Assembly (NCBI GenBank): GCA_030141605.1
Contig: JAQGDQ010001430.1
Location: 1 to 41,643, forward strand
Source: Tubiluchus corallicola
Lineage: Eukaryota; Animalia; Priapulida
Reading direction: 5' to 3'
Length of the DNA stretch: 41,643 bases
Shown here piece by piece: positions 37,599-41,643 of the stretch (position 1 is the stretch's first letter; each line of letters begins with the position of its first letter). The position numbers and the translations under genes were made by a program. The notes under the pieces are model-generated. The model saw only the letters and a list, made by a program, of their open reading frames with translations. It did not search any database and was not told the origin of the DNA.

Positions 37599-39214
37599 CT
37601 ATATAATGGTCAAGGAAGCATAACTGCTACCAATGATGTTTATAGAAACTTACGACTTGTTTATAGGGACTGTGAAACTGCAGCACCCCCTATTTTCACT
37701 CAATGTTATCTATAATATTCAATATACTAAGTTTTTTCTTTAGTTCTGTCTTTACACTTGTACAGAGCACGTGAGGGTAGTACTGTTTGCTTCACAGCCC
37801 AGCACAATGCACTCCAGCAATGCAGTATTTGGCTGTTGTGCGTACGTGGCCATGTCCACATGTCTGAGCCGAGGTAGAGAAAGTACTGTCACTCACACAG
37901 TTTGTTGTCACTTGCTACATGTTTACCATGAATGGATCAAGCTTGAACTGCAACAATCTAGGCTATTACTAAGCAAAAAATATTTTATATTTAGGAGTTT
38001 ATCAAGTTTATGTATAAAATTTTGTATGTTAGTTTGCTTAAAATTACAATTACAACATTAAAATTACATTCGCTTGTTACGTTTTGTATTTGTACAATTA
38101 TATTTATTGACTCTAGCACAGTCATGCTAACTGTATTTGCACAATTATATTTATTGACTCTAGCACAGTCATGCTAATTGTATTTGCACAATTATATTTA
38201 TTGACTCTAGCACAGTCATGCTAACTGTATTTGCACAATTATATTTATTGACTCTAGCACAGCCATGCTAACTGTATTTGCACAATTATATTTATTGACT
38301 CTAGCACAGTCACGCTAACTGTATTTGCACAATTATATTTATTGACTCTAGCACAGTCACGCTAACTGTATTTGCACAATTATATCTATTGACTCTAGCA
38401 CAGTCATGCTAACTGTATTTGCACAATTATATTTATTGACTCTAGCACAGCCATGCTAACTGTATTTGCACAATTATATTTATTGACTCTAGCACAGTCA
38501 TGCTAACTGTATTTGCACAATTATATTTATTGACTCTAGCACAGCCATGCTAACTGTATTTGCACAATTATATTTATTGACTCTAGCACAGTCACGCTAA
38601 CTGTATTTGCACAATTATATTTATTGACTCTAGCACAGTCATGCTAACTGTATTTGCACAATTATATTTATTGACTCTAGCACAGTCACGCTAACTGTAT
38701 TTGCACAATTATATTTATTGACTCTAGCACAGTCACGCTAACTGTATTTGCACAATTATATTTATTGACTCTAGCACAGTCATGCTAACTGTATTTGCAC
38801 AATTATATTTATTGACTCTAGCACAGTCATGCTAACTGTATTTGCACAGTTATATTTATTGACTCTAGCACAGTCATGCTAACTGTAGATGTACAATTAT
38901 ATTCATCGTTCTGGCACAGTTAACTGTATTTGTAAAATCATATTCATTGTCTCAGGCATAATTTTGTTCATCTTTGAACATTGAAGTCAATGTAAATAAC
39001 GGCATAGTTATGTTCATGCCTTCGAACAATTTAAGTCATTGTCAATGGCATAGTTGAGTTCATTATATATATACAGTTAAGTCATTGTTGTTTGGCATAG
39101 TTCAGCCTATTGTTTCCTGCAAAAGTTTTCATTGTCTCTTAATAGGGTAGAGACAATGCAAATAAGTCTGAATTTTATTGAACTCGAAACTTTTACATTC
39201 TCACTAAAGGATAC
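37599..39214 (-). other. U12-type (minor spliceosome) GT-AG intron, 1616 nt
   Basis: 5' site GTATCCTTT (39214-39206); branch point TTCCTTGAC (37617-37609) followed by only CATTATATAG, with no polypyrimidine tract. Confidence 0.92.
38085..38884. repeat. 47-bp minisatellite, 17 near-identical units, decaying to ~39140
   Basis: Unit TGTATTTGCACAATTATATTTATTGACTCTAGCACAG(T/C)CA(T/C)GCTAAC. Confidence 0.97.
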
Positions 39215-39371
39215 TAAACACTGGTCCACCAAAGCAAGCAGATATTGCCATCCGTGGGTAACCCTGTCTCGCCATGAGAGTATTTGCTAGGAAGTCACCA
39301 ATGCTGTTAGCCCAGGCTAGAAACGTCAAACCTAGGATGGTGTCGGAAATGTTGAGGACTATACCGAACGT
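39215..39371 (-). CDS. SLC8B1: NCLX-like exon encoding the alpha-2 repeat
   Basis: TFGIVLNISDTILGLTFLAWANSIGDFLANTLMARQGYPRMAISACFGGPVF; near-diagnostic NCLX/CCX motif (GLT.LAWGNSIGD...ARQGYPRMA.SACFGG). Confidence 0.93.
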
Positions 39372-40009
39372 CTGAAATGGAAAACTGTGGCTTGTACATC
39401 AAAGATAAATCAATTTAATATGCTGTGTAACACGTTTGCCTAATATGATATTATAGTAAAATTATTTAGCTTCATAAACTTAATACAATAGTTAAGACTT
39501 TAGTACATATTATAGATAGAAATATGAGCAGAGGTGACAAATGGTCCCACAGTCACCCAGCCAGTCACCTCTAATTAGATGTTAGTAACATTAATATTGT
39601 GTTAGTCGCAATAAGTCAAAATTATAATTACATTAATTCAATAAAAATGCAAACGTATCTATATACATATGTACATACATTACCTACAAACATAGATATT
39701 AGTGTTATGACTGGTGAATTGAAACCAGTGAAGGTTACATGTCGTTAAACAATAAAAGCTAGTTTACGTATAGTTTGTGTTATGCCAGAAACTGAAGGAC
39801 CATTGCACTACGTAATAAGTAGTAGAACCAGTGCAAAAAACTTACTTTTTGCATTTTTAGCTTACGTAAAACTCATAAATTTTCTTAGCTCATCTTTAGC
39901 ACCTATCGAATTTCAGAATCTCACGCTTTCAATACAATCTAGAAAAAAAGGCTGTCACAAAAACACATGAACATTTTTGATTTCAGCACTAATGTGAGAT
40001 GTAATTTAC

Positions 40010-40087
40010 CTGTAATAAGTTGACCACCTCATTGGCTAAGGAGAAAATCCAAACTATAGCTACAACAAAGCCTGCGTATGCAAACAC
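40010..40087 (-). CDS. SLC8B1: NCLX-like exon VFAYAGFVVAIVWIFSLANEVVNLLQ
   Basis: CAG acceptor, CAG|GTAAAT donor, 26 codons; matches FA..GF.....WI...A.EVVN.L. Confidence 0.9.
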
Positions 40088-40610
40088 CTGGACGAAAATA
40101 CAAAATAAATTAATGTTTTTCAAGAATGTAGATAATAAAAAGTGGTAACAAAGATCAAATACGTCAGACGTAATAAACTTTATTACTGGACATTTTCAGT
40201 GAGCATTAAATGTTCAAATTATAAGCCTCAAACTCGATTCAAATGATTTTTTTATTCAAATTTCACTGCAACCTAAAATTACGAATTCAAATATTTTAAC
40301 ACTCCAATTGAATTAATTTGTTAGTTAATTAATATCATTATTTCTATTAAAATTCTTACACGTCAGAATTTACTTGAAAAGTCTTTAACCTCTTCAATTT
40401 CTATTGTAGCTGATGCAGGCGAATATTTTAAGAACAGAAAAAAATTGCTACTGCTACAGATACTACAGACTACTGTGAATTTCGCTACATCGCTGTTAGC
40501 TTTATTACCAAGACTATCATTGCTTTCATCACTGCCATCACAAGTGCCACCATTTTCATCAACAGAGTTTTGCCCATGTTTTGAAATATATTCATTTTCT
40601 GACCTATATG

Positions 40611-41038
40611 CAGTGTTCCCTCGCTACTTCGCGGTTCGTTTATTGCGGGCTCGCTGTTTCGCGGATTTTCAAAAATATAAATGTAAAATATTTATTGCGG
40701 TATTTTCACTGTTTTGCGGGTTTTTGCGGTACTCCGTCAAAAGTATTTTTGCACACGCGTAGTACTCATTGTACAGTAATGTATAAATTTGCAGGAAATA
40801 GTTTATTTATTTGGCGGATGAATACACCAAAAACGAAATGTAGTGCTTACGCCCGCTTGAGATGCTACTTGCCGACGTGAGATTGTACACAACACAAGAA
40901 TGGTTGATTGATGGAGACTTATAAAGACTTAAAATAATGTATAACTACTAAAATAAGTATAGCGTCTCTACTTCGCGGAAATTCACTTATCGCGGGTGGC
41001 CCTGGAACGGAACACCCGTGATAAGTGAGGGGACACTG
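40611..41038. mobile_element. Tc1/mariner (Tigger/pogo-like) MITE
   Basis: TIR CAGTGTTCCCTCGCT / AGTGAGGGGACACTG; TA on right flank (TG on left); internal TTCGCGG motifs. Confidence 0.8.
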
Positions 41039-41137
41039 TATTAGTTTTTGACCAACAAAGTCAATAAGTTCAACAGAATGAATCAACAAACTCACAGTAA
41101 GTGAGAATTAGCATTGTCCGTAAAGTTATGAACTCAC

Positions 41138-41253
41138 AGAATGATATCGAGGAATTTCGTCCCATCTTGTGGTAAAGTAGATGACAATGGCTAGAAAGAA
41201 GCCAATGATTAAAGCGTATGACCAGAGTGGAATTCCCAGATTAACGTCTTCTT
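41138..41253 (-). CDS. SLC8B1: NCLX-like exon xEDVNLGIPLWSYALIIGFFLAIVIYFTTRWDEIPRYHS (gene continues beyond the window)
   Basis: TTTGCAG acceptor, TCT|GTGAGT donor; matches the NCLX P.W......G......F..T....PR.H segment. Confidence 0.88.
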
Positions 41254-41643
41254 CTGCAAAGACAGTTTTCAACAAGAGCTGATTGAAATTAGGTTTATAA
41301 AACACGCAAGAGTACTTGATGTAGTTAGTTGCACATAGTAATGCCTGCCGATCGGTCTTGAAAATTTACACAAAACACCCACAAATTGAAAATTACAAAA
41401 GGTAAACAAAAACAAAAAAGAAAATGGGTTTTTTCCTACCTAATTTGAATTTCAAACAAAACACACCTAAAAGGAATATCTGAATTCTGTTTAAACTTAT
41501 TTGACTGACGCCACTTTCAAAAATTCATGTCTTACAGAAAACATACTTGTGAAGTTTCTACTCACAGCACATACATACATTACGGTATCCTTAAATACCC
41601 ATATTACTAGTTTAACATTATTAGAAGTTAAATTTACACGATC

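Overview
AT-rich, microsatellite- and transposon-rich genomic DNA from an intron-containing eukaryote, most likely an invertebrate animal (taxon not determinable). Most ORFs in the supplied track are spurious. Spliced models were rebuilt by hand from splice sites and phase matching. (1) A 2-coding-exon + strand gene encodes an N-terminally membrane-anchored copine/RGLG-type vWA protein (10269-13679). (2) A - strand gene with an uninterrupted CDS encodes a DUF1647-type type II membrane protein (20184-21245). (3) A divergent + strand gene with 3 coding exons encodes an unrecognised, probably disordered 313-aa protein with a phospho-FFAT-like motif (25962-30722); it shares an E-box/CLEAR-containing bidirectional promoter region with gene 2. 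(4) The last five exons of an NCLX/SLC8B1-type cation/Ca2+ exchanger lie on the - strand (41253-34856). One of its introns is U12-type and another hosts an antisense C2H2 zinc-finger pseudogene. The window also holds two minisatellite arrays (43 bp with a ~7-unit higher-order pattern; 47 bp), several hAT, Harbinger and Tigger-like MITEs, and LINE fragments. No CRISPR array, tRNA, rRNA or prokaryote-like system is supported. I found several unusual local features but no demonstrable new multi-gene system.
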